Shown: positions 1 through 12,960, counted from the stretch's first letter. The stretch is DNA of 64,000 nucleotides from Chloroflexota bacterium (GCA_964291655.2 OZ219801.1:256001-320000); one strand, 5' to 3'. Numbers and translations are program-made. The notes: generated by a model not told the origin, from the letters alone.

Positions 1-2623
1 AAGGTGAACACGACACGTAGTCTAGACCGACGCCATGGCAGAAATAGATGGAACTGGGATCGCCGCCATGCTCTCCGCAGATGCCTACTTCAAGGCCTGG
101 ACGCGACTTTCTCCCTTCTGCCACCGCAATCGAAACCAGCCGGCCCACGCCATCCCGGTCGAGTACCTGGAACGGATTCTCCGGCAGGATCGCATTCTCC
201 ACATAGTTCAGCAGAAACTTCCCTTCCGCATCATCGCGGGAATAACCATAGGTAGTTTGGGTCAGGTCATTGGTACCGAAACTAAAGAACTCCGCATGTT
301 CCGCAATCTCGGAGGCCGTCAATGCAGCACGCGGCACCTCGATCATGGTGCCGAATTTGTATGCCACACTATCGCCCTGCTCCTGTTCGACCTTTTGCGC
401 AATGCGCTCAAGGTCCCGCTGCAGCACGCCGAGTTCATTCGCATGGCTGACAAGGGGGATCATGATCTCCGGATGGGGGTCGCCGCCCTCTTGCTTGATT
501 GCAAGCGCCGCCTCCAGGATCGCGCGCACCTGCATTTCGTAGATTTCAGGATACTCAAGGCCCAACCGGCAGCCGCGCAAGCCCAGCATGGGGTTTGCCT
601 CACGCAGCGACGCGACGTTTTCCAAGAGCGCCTGCCGCTCCTGAAGCCGTTCCGGATCCTGAGCTGTCGCGCGCAATGTGGCCACTTCCTCCAGCAATTC
701 TGCATAATCGGGCAAGAATTCATGGAGGGGCGGGTCGAGCAGGCGAATGACTACCGGCAGACCATCCATGGCACGCAAGATGCCCTCGAAGTCACCACGC
801 TGGATGGGCAATAGCTTGTCCAAAGCGGCTTGGCGCTCACTTGAACTGCTTGCCAAGATCATCTGCTGCACGACGGGTAGCCGTTCTTCCTCGAAGAACA
901 TGTGCTCCGTGCGGCACAGCCCGATGCCCTGTGCGCCGTAGGTGCGTGCCAGCGCGGCGTCGCGGGGGTAGTCCGCATTGGCCCACACTTCCAGGCGTCG
1001 AATTGCATCCGCCCAACGGAGCAACTCGCTCATTTCCGGCGTGATTTCGGGTTGGATCAAAGGAACTTCGCCCAGAATTACTTCGCCGGTGCTGCCGTTG
1101 AGCGAGATGGAGTCCCGCTTCTTGATGGTCACATCACCCGCCGTAAAGCGTTCATGCTCCATATCAATCCGAATCTCATCGCAGCCGGCAACGCAAGGCT
1201 TGCCCAAGCCGCGGGCAACTACGGCCGCATGACTGGTAGCGCCGCCGCGCGCCGTCAAAATTCCTTGTGATGCAATCATGCCGTGCACGTCATCGGGACT
1301 CGTCTCAGGACGCACCAAGATCACGCTGTGCCCTTGCCGGGCTACGGATTCCGCCTCATCGGGATCAAAAAACGCCATACCTACCGCGGCCCCCGGCGAG
1401 GCATTGAGACCCTTGGCTATCACGCTCACCTCGGCATTGGGATCAATCCGCGGGTGGAGTAGGTGGTCGATCTGTTCCGGTTCCACCCGGGCGATTGCCT
1501 CTTCCTTTGTAATAAGCCCCTCATTGAACATATCTACCGCAATTCTTACGGCCGCACTCGCGGTGCGCTTGCCTGTGCGAGTCTGGAGCATGTAGAGCGT
1601 GCCGCGCTCGACTGTGAACTCCATGTCCTGCATTTCGCGATAGTGATTCTCAAGTCGCTGGGCAATCTCCGAGAACTCTTCGTATATGTCCGGCCACACT
1701 TCTTGCAGCTTGGCAATCGGCAGCGGCGTCCGTACGCCAGCGACCACATCCTCGCCCTGGGCATCCTCCAGAAACTCGCCAAAGAGCGCCGGATCGCCGG
1801 TAGATGGATTGCGCGTAAAGGCCACACCGGTGCCCGAATCACTCCCCATGTTGCCAAAGACCATAGCCTGAACGTTCACGGCCGTGCCGAGGGAGTGAGG
1901 TATCCGATGAAAATTTCGATAGTCTATAGCGCGCCGGTTGTTCCATGAGGCGAAGACGGCCTCGATCGCGCCGTGCAACTGACCCAGCGGATCGCTGGGA
2001 AAAGCCTTTGCAGTCTCGCTCTCAACAATGTCCTTGAAGCGCCGCACTGCATCTTGCAGGTGAGCGACTGTAAGGTCTACGTCTTGCTCTATGCCAGCTT
2101 CGTGCTTTATGGCCTCTAATGCGTGCTCAAAGCGATCTTTATCAACTTCGAGGACGACGTTGCCATACATTTGCACAAAGCGTCGGTAGGAGTCCCACGC
2201 AAAGCGCTCGTTCTGAGTCTGCGCAATCACGCCTTGCAACGTGTCGTCATTCAGACCCAAGTTGAGAATCGTATCCATCATGCCGGGCATGCTGAACTTC
2301 GCCCCGGAGCGGACGGAAACCAGCAAGGGGTTCTCTACGTCACCAAGCCGCTTGCCGGTCTTTTCTTCCAAGTCCTGGAGCGCTTCTAACGCCTGGTCCC
2401 ACATGCCAATTGGAAATTGCTCATCCGACTCGTAGAACGCGTTGCAGGCTTCCGTAGTAACGACAAATCCTGGAGGCACCGGGAGGCCGGCGCGCATCAT
2501 CTCGGCGCAATTTGCGCCCTTGCCGCCCAGCAGGTCACGCATGGTCGCGTCACCGTCTTCAAATCGGTACACCCATTTGGGCTGTGTGTCCACGTCCTTC
2601 GCTGCGACTGCCTCTTTTGCCAT
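1..2623 (-). CDS. ppdK: Pyruvate phosphate dikinase, 3' end truncated by the window edge
   Basis: Not in the ORF track. Manual minus-strand translation from ATG 2623 gives MAKEAV...KWVYRF...LLGGKGANCAEM...GLPVPPGFVVTTEAC, and the window edge reads FCHGVGLDYVSCSP, the PPDK C-terminal signature. GGAGG lies upstream. Confidence 0.96.
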   Translation of the reverse strand, partial: MAKEAVAAKDVDTQPKWVYRFEDGDATMRDLLGGKGANCAEMMRAGLPVPPGFVVTTEACNAFYESDEQFPIGMWDQALEALQDLEEKTGKRLGDVENPLLVSVRSGAKFSMPGMMDTILNLGLNDDTLQGVIAQTQNERFAWDSYRRFVQMYGNVVLEVDKDRFEHALEAIKHEAGIEQDVDLTVAHLQDAVRRFKDIVESETAKAFPSDPLGQLHGAIEAVFASWNNRRAIDYRNFHRIPHSLGTAVNVQAMVFGNMGSDSGTGVAFTRNPSTGDPALFGEFLEDAQGEDVVAGVRTPLPIAKLQEVWPDIYEEFSEIAQRLENHYREMQDMEFTVERGTLYMLQTRTGKRTASAAVRIAVDMFNEGLITKEEAIARVEPEQIDHLLHPRIDPNAEVSVIAKGLNASPGAAVGMAFFDPDEAESVARQGHSVILVRPETSPDDVHGMIASQGILTARGGATSHAAVVARGLGKPCVAGCDEIRIDMEHERFTAGDVTIKKRDSISLNGSTGEVILGEVPLIQPEITPEMSELLRWADAIRRLEVWANADYPRDAALARTYGAQGIGLCRTEHMFFEEERLPVVQQMILASSSSERQAALDKLLPIQRGDFEGILRAMDGLPVVIRLLDPPLHEFLPDYAELLEEVATLRATAQDPERLQERQALLENVASLREANPMLGLRGCRLGLEYPEIYEMQVRAILEAALAIKQEGGDPHPEIMIPLVSHANELGVLQRDLERIAQKVEQEQGDSVAYKFGTMIEVPRAALTASEIAEHAEFFSFGTNDLTQTTYGYSRDDAEGKFLLNYVENAILPENPFQVLDRDGVGRLVSIAVAEGRKSRPGLEVGICGEHGGDPSSIYFCHGVGLDYVSCSP

Positions 2624-3117
2624 ACTCGCGCATACCTCCAAATTGTGGTAACCGGATGGTGTACCCAAAATACTTAGTGCAAATCTACGGTGAAACCCAC
2701 GGGCATTATAGCATGCCTACGACCACGCCCCGCGTGCGATGAACTAAGGCGGAAGGCCACGGCGCCCCGACCAAACCCGCGCGGCTTCGTCCTCTACTTT
2801 CTGACTCTACAACGTGAGAGTGTACGCAAGTATCACTGTTTGGGTACCCAAGCGAATGCCCCTTGCTTTGCCTTCAGATGAGCTGCAGGAGGACACCAGC
2901 TTGCTTGCCGACAGAGATTGGTTGCACATGAGAATCCTTCACGCTGGCAACTCCCATGTGTCGTCCCATCTTCACTCTAGGCTGAAGCTGTCACGCAATT
3001 CTGGGGCATGGTACGATTGAAGCGTCAGGGAACAATTCGGCTAGATCGATCCTGGGCTTTGGGGCCGGACGTTTAGCAGGGCCCCTTGCAGAATTTCTAC
3101 TAAGAACGGAACTGACC

Positions 3118-3627
3118 GTGAGTGAATTTGTCCTGAGAGTCAAAAGCAAGCAATTAATCTGGCCGCTGCTCCTCGCAGCATCAATCATCATTAGCGATCA
3201 GATAACCAAGGCCTTCATCGTTGAGTGGTTGAAACCGCAAGGCACCGTGTCGATCATCGGGGATCTGCTACGGCTAACATATGTCACGAATTCCGGCGTT
3301 GCCTTCGGCATGCTCACGGGAATGCCCTATGTCCTGACTGTCCCCATCGTAATCCTCATTGGGGTCATTGCCTTCTATTTGGTCAAGACCTTGGGCCAGT
3401 CATTCTTGCTCACGTTGGCGCTTTCCCTGGAGCTTGGCGGCGCGCTTGGGAATTTGATCGACCGAATTCGCTTAGGCTATGTGGTCGACTTTGTGAAACT
3501 GCCCTACTGGCCCGCCTTTAACGTTGCCGACAGTTGCGTCGTCATCGGCGCAATTGGACTTGCGTTTGTCCTCCTGTGGCAAGACCGGCAGCCACGTACC
3601 GAAGAGCCGGATTCGTCGCTCTCTTGA
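3118..3627 (+). CDS. lspA: Lipoprotein signal peptidase II
   Basis: DQITK, NSGVAFG, GGALGNLIDR, GYVVDF and FNVAD motifs. Confidence 0.96.
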   Translation: MSEFVLRVKSKQLIWPLLLAASIIISDQITKAFIVEWLKPQGTVSIIGDLLRLTYVTNSGVAFGMLTGMPYVLTVPIVILIGVIAFYLVKTLGQSFLLTLALSLELGGALGNLIDRIRLGYVVDFVKLPYWPAFNVADSCVVIGAIGLAFVLLWQDRQPRTEEPDSSLS

Positions 3628-3652
3628 ATCGTCAGAAGGTGTTCACCCAGCG

Positions 3653-4594
3653 ATGCCGACGTTACTCCTGACGCCGACGTGTGGTGATGAGGGCAAGCGC
3701 CTCGACGTCTACATTGCCGCTGCTGAACCCGAACTCAGCCGCTCGCAAGTGAAGCGACTGATTGAAGAAGACCGCGTAGGCATTGCCGGGCAAGCAGTCG
3801 GCCCATCCACAAAAGTGCATGCCGGCAGAGTAATCCAGGTTGAGTTGCCTGACGCCTGCGAGCCGGTTCTCAGCGCCGAACCGCTCACGGTGCCAATTTT
3901 GCACTGCGACGCGGACATAGTCGTAATCAACAAACCGGCGGGACTGGTCGTGCATCCTGGCGCCGGGCAATCTAAACACACCCTCGTCAATCAACTCATC
4001 GGCCGCTTCCCGGAACTCTTAAGCGTCGGCAACAATCTTCGTCCAGGCATCGTGCATCGACTGGACAAGGATACTTCCGGCGTAATGGTAGTTGCCCGCA
4101 GTCCTGACGCCTATGCAGGTCTCGTGGCGCAGTTCGCCGCAAGATCAATCGACAAAACGTATGTCGCATTGGTGGAGGGCACTCCCGCTGTCGAGCGGGG
4201 TGTCATCAATGCGCCGGTAGGACGTCATCCAACCCGGCGGACAGCCATGGGCGTTGTACGGGACGGCAAGACTGCCACCACCCACTTCACCGTGGTTGAG
4301 TCTTTGGGCCCGCGCTCGCTCCTCGAAATAGTCCCTGCTACCGGGCGCACCCACCAAATTCGCGTGCACCTGTCAGCCGCAGGGATCCCTGTTGCGGGAG
4401 ACCCTACGTATGGGCATAGGTCTACGTTGCCCGGTTTGCACCGTACCTTCTTGCACGCGCGAATGCTGGGATTTGCGCATCCGGCAACAGGTGCGCGCGT
4501 ACAATTTGAGGCGCCGCTGGCGAGCGAATTGACTGACGTTCTGCGGCAACTCGGCAGCGCCTGGATCGAGCAGGAATTGGTTGACCCTACGTAG
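3653..4594 (+). CDS. rluD: RluA/RluD family pseudouridine synthase with S4 domain
   Basis: RLDVY..SRSQV S4 domain, NKPAGLVVHP, HRLDKDTSG, TGRTHQIRVH; start moved to ATG 3653. Confidence 0.9.
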   Translation: MPTLLLTPTCGDEGKRLDVYIAAAEPELSRSQVKRLIEEDRVGIAGQAVGPSTKVHAGRVIQVELPDACEPVLSAEPLTVPILHCDADIVVINKPAGLVVHPGAGQSKHTLVNQLIGRFPELLSVGNNLRPGIVHRLDKDTSGVMVVARSPDAYAGLVAQFAARSIDKTYVALVEGTPAVERGVINAPVGRHPTRRTAMGVVRDGKTATTHFTVVESLGPRSLLEIVPATGRTHQIRVHLSAAGIPVAGDPTYGHRSTLPGLHRTFLHARMLGFAHPATGARVQFEAPLASELTDVLRQLGSAWIEQELVDPT

Positions 4595-4658
4595 CAAAGA
4601 CCCTACGATAAGAAGTCGCTAAGCAGAAAATCACAGTCTCGCTTAAGACTAACCAAAA

Positions 4659-5612
4659 ATGTACGCACACATTACAGGCTGGGGCAAGGCGCTACCGAAG
4701 CGGCGTCTCACCAACGCAGACATTGAAAAAATGGTGGAAACGGCGGACGAGTGGATCGTTAGCCGCACGGGCATTAGCGAGCGGCGCATAGTTTCAGCCG
4801 GTGAAACTACCGACTCGCTGGGCGCCGAGGCCGCCCACGAAGCACTTGCACGGGCGAACGTCACTGCCGCCGACGTAGATATAGTAATCGCCGCGAGCTG
4901 CACACCCGAGTCTCTCTTTCCCAGTATCGCCAACCGCGTTCAGGAGCGACTAGGGCTTAATCGTGCCGCCGCGCTTGATCTCAATCAGGCGTGTGCGGGG
5001 TTCATCCATGGGCTCGCCGTTGCGCAGGGGTTTGTTGCTTCAGGCCAGTACCGCACTATCCTCGTTATCGGCTCGGAAGTCCTCACTCGCCACGTGGACT
5101 GGACAGATCGCACAACCTGCGTGCTTTTCGGCGATGCCGCCGGCGCTGTCGTAGTGCAGGCGTCAAATGAACCCGGAGGGCCCTTGGCTTTCGATTTAGG
5201 CTCTAACGGCGCGGGGGGCGATCTTCTTACGCTGCCGACTGACGGAAAGCTATCCATGAATGGACGAGAAGTGTACCGCTTCGCCGTAACCGCGATGACT
5301 GCGTCACTGGCTACCGCCGTTGAAAAAGCCGATTTGAAGCTGGACCAGATTGATCTCCTGATTCCCCATCAAGCCAATATCCGTATCATTCAATCCGCCG
5401 CCCAAACGCTCGGACTGCCAATGAGAAGGGTGTTCACCAACGTAGAAAAGTACGGCAATACGTCAGCCGCATCAATTCCGGTAGCGCTCTGCGAAGCCAT
5501 TGAAGAGGGGCGCATCAAACTCGGTGACACCATCGCCATGGTCGCATTCGGCGCGGGCCTCGCATGGGGCGCGACCGTCCTGCGCTGGACCAGCCCGGTC
5601 AAGGGGACCTAG
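4659..5612 (+). CDS. fabH: 3-oxoacyl-ACP synthase III
   Basis: ACAGF catalytic Cys, LFGDAAGA, PHQAN, YGNTSAAS. Confidence 0.96.
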   Translation: MYAHITGWGKALPKRRLTNADIEKMVETADEWIVSRTGISERRIVSAGETTDSLGAEAAHEALARANVTAADVDIVIAASCTPESLFPSIANRVQERLGLNRAAALDLNQACAGFIHGLAVAQGFVASGQYRTILVIGSEVLTRHVDWTDRTTCVLFGDAAGAVVVQASNEPGGPLAFDLGSNGAGGDLLTLPTDGKLSMNGREVYRFAVTAMTASLATAVEKADLKLDQIDLLIPHQANIRIIQSAAQTLGLPMRRVFTNVEKYGNTSAASIPVALCEAIEEGRIKLGDTIAMVAFGAGLAWGATVLRWTSPVKGT

Positions 5613-5704
5613 GAGATTTCCAAGTCGAAGTCGAAGGCCGCAATGCTGCCACCGGCACTTTGCTCAATTGAGAGTCCCTACCACCGAGCAGAGCAGCCAA
5701 AAGG

Positions 5705-6262
5705 CTACCCGGGTTGAATCTCCCAAAAGTCCTCTCCCAACGCGTCATACGGCAAGCGGCGCTCGTCCGGGTCTTTGGCATCGAACTGCTGATTCACGAA
5801 ATAGAAGAGAAAGACGTCGTCAGTTCCGAGGTTGGCTGCACCGTGCGCCACGCCGCGGGGAATGTAGAGGAGTTGACTGCGACCCCTCCCGAGAACGAAC
5901 CGCATCGTGTTGCCGGTAGTTGCAGAACCCTCGCGCACATCCCACAATCCAACCAACAACGCCTGGGATGGGGGCACAAACCATAGGTCTTCTTGATTGA
6001 AGTGCAAGTGCCATGCCTTGATTGCCCCTGCAGCCATTGAGGAACAGTTGACTTGCCGTACCTCGAAGTCTTCAAGGCCCTCTATCGCTCCGCAATCCAA
6101 ACGTCCAAGTTCAGAAAACGTGCCGCCGTCTTCAGCAAAGGTTTGCAACGGCAGGAATAGGACGCCGTCGATCTGAGACTTGGCGCCATACTCCTGACGA
6201 GAGACTTGCGCACGGACTCTCTCCTGAATGTCGCTCGAGCCTAGCGGCGTTTTTCTTGCCAT
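5705..6262 (-). CDS. dTDP-4-dehydrorhamnose 3,5-epimerase family cupin
   Basis: EDGGTFSE, QVNCS, GAIKAWHLH, LYIPRGVAHG. Confidence 0.8.
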   Translation of the reverse strand: MARKTPLGSSDIQERVRAQVSRQEYGAKSQIDGVLFLPLQTFAEDGGTFSELGRLDCGAIEGLEDFEVRQVNCSSMAAGAIKAWHLHFNQEDLWFVPPSQALLVGLWDVREGSATTGNTMRFVLGRGRSQLLYIPRGVAHGAANLGTDDVFLFYFVNQQFDAKDPDERRLPYDALGEDFWEIQPG

Positions 6263-6554
6263 TCTTGTTTCTCTTGTATTTCGTAGTGAATTCTATGCTT
6301 GCACAGATCTATCGGGGCGTCGCAGAAGTTGATTCCGACCTACGTACACCGGTGCGATCACCCAATTCGCTATGTTATTCCGTTTGTAGCCAAAACCGTG
6401 TGGTTGTCCGCAGGTATCGTGAATGATACGATGCCGTCCAGGCGTTTCGCAACCCTTCAATTTTGCGCCTCCCAAGTGTTGAATTAGCAGCCTCATTCCT
6501 TAGCCCATCTACAATTCGCCACAGAGGCGCCAATTACGGAAACTGGATTGCTCA

Positions 6555-8153
6555 GTGTCAACCATCTCCCCGGACTACTCGGAAAACCGCCCAAACTTCC
6601 TCATAATTACAACCGATCAGCACAACCCCACCTGCCTTGGATATGCCGGACATCCTGTTGTACGGACGCCGCACATCGACGCTCTGGCAGCAAGCGGTAT
6701 GGTCTTTTCCCGCGCCTACGTTTCGAATCCGCTTTGCACGCCATCACGAGTGACGCTCTTTACCGGACTTACGACTCGGGGACATCGCGTGCGCATGAAC
6801 GGCATTCCGCTCAGCTACGATGTGCCCACCATGCCGGAAGCGCTGCGAAAGGCCGGCTATCAGACACACTACGCCGGCAAGCCCCATCTGCGCACAAGCC
6901 ACACACCGGCAGACATGCCGCTGGATCAGGTAGACCCGCATGAGTTCCCAGAAGCGCGGGACATGTGGCGCTCCGGACGCATATCGAAGCTTCCCACTCC
7001 TTATTACGGCTTTGAAGAGGTTCGATTCGTCAACGGTCATGGGCATGGATCCTGGGGCGAGTACGTGAACTGGCTCGACCGTGAGCACCCGGGCCAGGCC
7101 CACCTCTTCCACGAAAGGACGACGCTCGTACCGCCAAGTCCGGCTGCAGACTACTATTCCATGTCCTACAAGTGGGCATTGCCCGCCGAACTGCACCCGA
7201 TGACGTGGACATGTGAACGCACGATTGAGTACCTCAATCGCTACGGGCAAGCAAAGCAAGCGCAATCGCGGTCACATGGCCCCTCAACCGAGCCATTCTT
7301 GCTCTGGTGTTCGATTGCCGATCCCCATGTGCCGCTGGCGCCGCCGGAGCCCTACTGCTATCGCTACAGTCCAGATGAGGTACCGCCACCTAAACGGCGC
7401 GTCGGCGAGTTTGAAGACCTGCCGCCGCACATCGCCCGCATCTACGCACGGCCCACGAAGGGTAGCGACATTGACCCGCATCGCAATGAATGCGCGGCCC
7501 ATTACTACGGTCTCATCGAGATGATCGACGACAACGTGGGTGCAGTCCTAAGCGCACTGAGAGAGAACGGACTGGACCAGGACACGGTTGTCGTATTTGC
7601 CGCGGACCACGGAGAGGCGCTGGGCGACCATGGCATGTGGGGCAAAGGACCCTACCATTACGACAGCGTCATTCGGGTACCGCTTATCTTGAGTTGGCCG
7701 GGGCACATTGCAGCGGGTGCAACTCACGATGGTGTGGTCAGTCTGCTCGACTTTGCCCCGACCATGCTCGACATTGCAGGCGTCCCAATCCCAGAAGGCC
7801 CTGCGCCGCCACAGCTTGTGGGAACACCGCAGTTGCCGCCGTGGCCCGGGCGGAGCTTGCTGCCAGTCGCGAAAGGCGAAGATAGCGGCTCGGCTAGCGG
7901 TGCTCTCGTCGAGGACGACCAAGATGATCTCGGCTTTCGTCTACGGACGCTCGTCACCGATCGCTACCGGCTAACGGCATACTCCGGTCAAACCTACGGC
8001 GAATTCTTCGATTTGCAGGAAGACCCCGACGAAGTCCACAACCTTTGGGACGACCCAAGGCACGCCAGGGTGCGAGACGAGCTGCGAATCGCGCTTCTGG
8101 ACAGGCTCATCTCAACCGACCACGCGCTTCCCCGCCGCATGGGAGTCTCATGA
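6555..8153 (+). CDS. Sulfatase family hydrolase (formylglycine-dependent type)
   Basis: RPNFLIITTDQH, CTPSR (CxPxR), GKPH, DPH, ADHGE. Confidence 0.93.
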   Translation: MSTISPDYSENRPNFLIITTDQHNPTCLGYAGHPVVRTPHIDALAASGMVFSRAYVSNPLCTPSRVTLFTGLTTRGHRVRMNGIPLSYDVPTMPEALRKAGYQTHYAGKPHLRTSHTPADMPLDQVDPHEFPEARDMWRSGRISKLPTPYYGFEEVRFVNGHGHGSWGEYVNWLDREHPGQAHLFHERTTLVPPSPAADYYSMSYKWALPAELHPMTWTCERTIEYLNRYGQAKQAQSRSHGPSTEPFLLWCSIADPHVPLAPPEPYCYRYSPDEVPPPKRRVGEFEDLPPHIARIYARPTKGSDIDPHRNECAAHYYGLIEMIDDNVGAVLSALRENGLDQDTVVVFAADHGEALGDHGMWGKGPYHYDSVIRVPLILSWPGHIAAGATHDGVVSLLDFAPTMLDIAGVPIPEGPAPPQLVGTPQLPPWPGRSLLPVAKGEDSGSASGALVEDDQDDLGFRLRTLVTDRYRLTAYSGQTYGEFFDLQEDPDEVHNLWDDPRHARVRDELRIALLDRLISTDHALPRRMGVS

Positions 8154-8454
8154 CCGGTTTTGATTTAGGCGAGACCCCCATGGCTTAAGAGTCGTCTCAC
8201 CGGTCCGAGGCGAGATTGCGTCGCCACTGGCGGCGCGCGGGAGCTCGATTACTTTGGCAGATCGTGCAGCTTGGATCACCAGCTCTGAATCTGTCCCGCC
8301 ACTTGCAAAATCGCCAGGCCCGCACGTCGCTGTGGGAGCGGCACGTGTCAGAATGCCAGCGGACTGCAAACTTTTGAGTCGAATGCCCTGTCGGTCAGCG
8401 GGGACCGGCGCATTCCAGTCGTCGGCAGAACTGCCACTCTGTTCAGTCGCTCTG

Positions 8455-8483
8455 TTGACAGAGGTGGGTGCAAGTGATACACT
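8455..8483 (+). promoter_or_regulatory. Sigma70-type promoter of the str/S10 supercluster
   Basis: TTGACA (8455-8460), 17-nt spacer, TGn-TACACT extended -10 (8475-8483), about 55 nt upstream of rpsL. Confidence 0.75.
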
Positions 8484-8536
8484 CTATTTTTGCGTGTAAT
8501 GTGGCTTAAGAACCCATGAATTGGTAGGTTCAAACC

Positions 8537-8995
8537 GTGCCGACAACCAATCAGCTCGTACGCAAAGGGCGAAAGACTAAAACGTTCAAAGGCAAGTCTC
8601 CGGACCTGCATTGGAACTTCAACGCTCTTAAGAATCGGTCTGTGCGCACTGATGGATCGCCACAAAAGCGCGGTGTTTGCATTTCGGTGCGTACACTGAC
8701 GCCAAGGAAGCCGAATTCCGCGCTGCGGAAGGTGGCGCGCGTGCGGTTGACCAACGGCAGGGAAGTAACGGCATACATCCCAGGCGAGGGCCACAATCTG
8801 CAGGAGCACTCGGTGGTTCTCATTCGGGGCGGACGTGTAAAGGACGTACCAGGTGTTCGCTACCACATTGTACGTGGCACTTTGGACGCTGAAGGCGTTT
8901 ACACACACGCAGGTGCGCCCCAGGACCGCAATAAGAGTCGCTCCAAGTACGGGACAAGACGCTCAAGACCGGTTGCGGGGGCCGGTGCCTCCTAG
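8537..8995 (+). CDS. rpsL: 30S ribosomal protein S12
   Basis: [43 protein letters not shown]. Confidence 0.98.
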   Translation: MPTTNQLVRKGRKTKTFKGKSPDLHWNFNALKNRSVRTDGSPQKRGVCISVRTLTPRKPNSALRKVARVRLTNGREVTAYIPGEGHNLQEHSVVLIRGGRVKDVPGVRYHIVRGTLDAEGVYTHAGAPQDRNKSRSKYGTRRSRPVAGAGAS

Positions 8996-9100
8996 GCAAA
9001 CTCCCGCTGAGTATGTAACGCAACGATAAAGTTTCTTGCAGCTGTTGTTGGCATCGACATCGAAGCTGACAACGCTGCTGTGCGTAAGGGGCAATTGAGA

Positions 9101-9571
9101 ATGCCACGGCGAGAAAGAGTGACAAAGCGGAAGATTCCGCCGGACCCAAAGTTTCGCAGTGTTACGTTGCAGCAGTTTATAAATAAGCTGATGCAGTGCG
9201 GCAAGAAGAGCACGACGGAGAGGTTTGTGTATCACGCCTTCGATATCATCGAGTCGCGTACCGGCCGTTCCGGTCTGGATGTATTCGATCTAGCGGTGCG
9301 TAATGTTACGCCCCTGGTCGAAGTGCGACCGCGCCGCGTCGGCGGAGCCACGTACCAGGTTCCGATGGAGATACCTAGCGGTCGGCGGCTCTCTTTGGCA
9401 CTGCGGTGGATCGTGCGGTATTCTCGCGAGCGTCGAGGACCGAGCATGGCAATCAAGCTTGCGGAGGAACTCATCGACGCTGCCGACGGCCAGGGCGCGT
9501 CTATTCGACGCCGCGATGAAACGCATCGCATGGCAGAGGCCAACAAGGCATTCTCGCATTACCGCTGGTAA
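9101..9571 (+). CDS. rpsG: 30S ribosomal protein S7
   Basis: MPRR start, [24 protein letters not shown]. Confidence 0.98.
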   Translation: MPRRERVTKRKIPPDPKFRSVTLQQFINKLMQCGKKSTTERFVYHAFDIIESRTGRSGLDVFDLAVRNVTPLVEVRPRRVGGATYQVPMEIPSGRRLSLALRWIVRYSRERRGPSMAIKLAEELIDAADGQGASIRRRDETHRMAEANKAFSHYRW

Positions 9572-9645
9572 GCGTGAGATTTCCGGTGAATAAAGTGATA
9601 GTTGTAGAAGAATATAACCTTAGCGAGGCACCAAGAACTTAGCGC

Positions 9646-11718
9646 ATGGAACGTCAATTCCCAATAGAGAAATACCGCAATATCGGCATCATTGCCCACA
9701 TTGACGCCGGAAAGACCACCACCACCGAGCGGGTGCTCTTCTACTCAGGGCGTATTCATCGCATGGGCGAGGTGCATGAAGGTACCACGGCCATGGACTT
9801 CATGGTGCAGGAGCGGGAACGCGGCATTACGATCACAGCCGCGGCCACGACTTCCATGTGGCGCGACCATCGCGTCAACATCATCGATACACCTGGGCAC
9901 GTCGACTTTACCGCCGAGGTTGAGCGCTCATTGCGGGTTCTTGACGGCGGTGTTGTGGTGTTTGACGCGGTATCGGGGGTTGAAGCGCAATCGGAAACTG
10001 TGTGGCGTCAGGCAGATCGCTATGGTGTGCCGCGCATCTGTTTTATAAATAAGATGGATCGCATCGGCGCCGACTTTTGGAATTGCATAGAGATGATCCG
10101 CGATCGGCTGAAAGCACAGCCGGTACCTATCCAAATTCCGATTGGCGCGGAGGATTCATTCGTCGGGATGATCGACCTGTTTTCCATGAAAGCTGTCACC
10201 TTTTCAGACGAGCTTGGGGCAAAGCCCACCATCATGGAAATTCCGGGTGAACTCCTCACTGAAGCCGAGCAGCGCAGGCACGAAATGATCGAGGCGATCG
10301 CTGAGCAGGATGAGGAACTCTTACTGAAGTATCTCAATGACGAGGAGATATCAATCGAAGAGTTGAAGTCTGCTTTGCGCCGGGCAACGTGCCGTGTCGC
10401 GCTTGTCCCCGTTCTGTGCGGCGCCGCGCTCCGCAACAAAGGCGTGCAGCCATTGCTCGACGCCGTGGTAGATTACTTGCCATCTCCAACTGAGGTGCCG
10501 CCTATTCAAGGCTTGGCGCCGCATTCCGGTTTGGAAGAATCGCGGCCCTCCAGCGATGACGCTCCTTTTGCGGCTTTGGCGTTCAAGGTAGTTACCGATC
10601 CATTTAGCGGGAGGCTGGTTTACCTGCGCGTTTACTCAGGCACGGCAGACGCCGGAGCGCAGATGCTCAATGCGAGCCAGGACCGTCGTGAGCGGCTTGG
10701 GCGTCTCCTCTTTATGCATGCGGACAAACGAGAAGATGTATCAGCCATCTTTGCCGGTGATATTGTGGCCGCCGTTGGACTCAAGAATACTTTTACAGGC
10801 GACACCCTCTGCCAAATAAACCATCCAATTACCTTTGAATCCATCCGCTTCCCGGATCCTGTGCTGCATATGGCAATTGAACCCAAGAGCCGCCTCGATG
10901 AAGATAAGCTTTCCACGGCGCTGCGCCGCCTTTCCGAAGAGGACCCGACGTTTCGTGCCGGACAAGATCCGCAAACCGGGGAAACTATCATTGGTGGCAT
11001 GGGCGAATTGCACTTGGAAGTCATTGCAGATCGGCTGCTGCGGGAGTTTAATGTCGAGGCTTCGCTCGGCGCCCCTCAAGTGGCGTACAAAGAGACAGTT
11101 CAAAACTCTGTCGAGCAAGAAGGGCGCTTCATTAGACAGACCGGCGGCAGAGGCCAGTACGGCCACGTCTGGCTACGGATTGAGCCGCTAGAGAGCGGCG
11201 CCGGCATTCAAATTGAAAACAAGATCGTTGGCGGCACCATCCCAAAGGAATACGTCCCGGCGGTACAATCCGGCATTAGGGATAGCTTGTTAGCGGGTCC
11301 ACTCGGGTATCCGGTAGTTGACGTGCGAGTTACGATATTTGATGGGTCGTTTCATCCTGTAGACTCATCTGAGCTTGCGTTCCATAACGCCGCCGTCATG
11401 GGGATGCGCGAGGGGCTGGTAAAGGCCCGCCCCGTCACGCTCGAGCCGATTATGCAGGTGGAAGTAATGATCCCTGAGGAATTCCTCGGCGAAATTTCAG
11501 GCGCGCTCAATGCGCGGCGCGGAAGCATTGACGAAATTCAGACGCGGCTTGGAACCAAAGTCATTCAGGCTAAGGTGCCACTCGCAACGATGTTCGGTTA
11601 CGTAAACAACTTGCGTTCCAGCACCCAGGGACGCGGTACGTATTCCATGCAATTCTCGCATTACCAGGAACTGGTGCAAAGTGCCCGCGAATTGGTCGCG
11701 AGAGCCGGCAGAAACTAA
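9646..11718 (+). CDS. fusA: Elongation factor G
   Basis: [33 protein letters not shown]. Confidence 0.98.
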   Translation: MERQFPIEKYRNIGIIAHIDAGKTTTTERVLFYSGRIHRMGEVHEGTTAMDFMVQERERGITITAAATTSMWRDHRVNIIDTPGHVDFTAEVERSLRVLDGGVVVFDAVSGVEAQSETVWRQADRYGVPRICFINKMDRIGADFWNCIEMIRDRLKAQPVPIQIPIGAEDSFVGMIDLFSMKAVTFSDELGAKPTIMEIPGELLTEAEQRRHEMIEAIAEQDEELLLKYLNDEEISIEELKSALRRATCRVALVPVLCGAALRNKGVQPLLDAVVDYLPSPTEVPPIQGLAPHSGLEESRPSSDDAPFAALAFKVVTDPFSGRLVYLRVYSGTADAGAQMLNASQDRRERLGRLLFMHADKREDVSAIFAGDIVAAVGLKNTFTGDTLCQINHPITFESIRFPDPVLHMAIEPKSRLDEDKLSTALRRLSEEDPTFRAGQDPQTGETIIGGMGELHLEVIADRLLREFNVEASLGAPQVAYKETVQNSVEQEGRFIRQTGGRGQYGHVWLRIEPLESGAGIQIENKIVGGTIPKEYVPAVQSGIRDSLLAGPLGYPVVDVRVTIFDGSFHPVDSSELAFHNAAVMGMREGLVKARPVTLEPIMQVEVMIPEEFLGEISGALNARRGSIDEIQTRLGTKVIQAKVPLATMFGYVNNLRSSTQGRGTYSMQFSHYQELVQSARELVARAGRN

Positions 11719-11755
11719 CTCATTGTCGGAATGAAGAGAAGGAGAGAGCAAGAGG

Positions 11756-12958
<1,203 letters not shown>

Positions 12959-12960
12959 CC

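Noticed and set aside
4-2742. Numerous plus-strand ORFs (e.g. 35..814, 1463..1948)
   Set aside because: Antisense shadows of ppdK, which occupies the minus strand and is absent from the track only because its stop lies outside the window.
2640-3117. Possible ncRNA or small gene in the ppdK-lspA divergent spacer
   Set aside because: No convincing hairpin series, known RNA motif or protein-like ORF seen.
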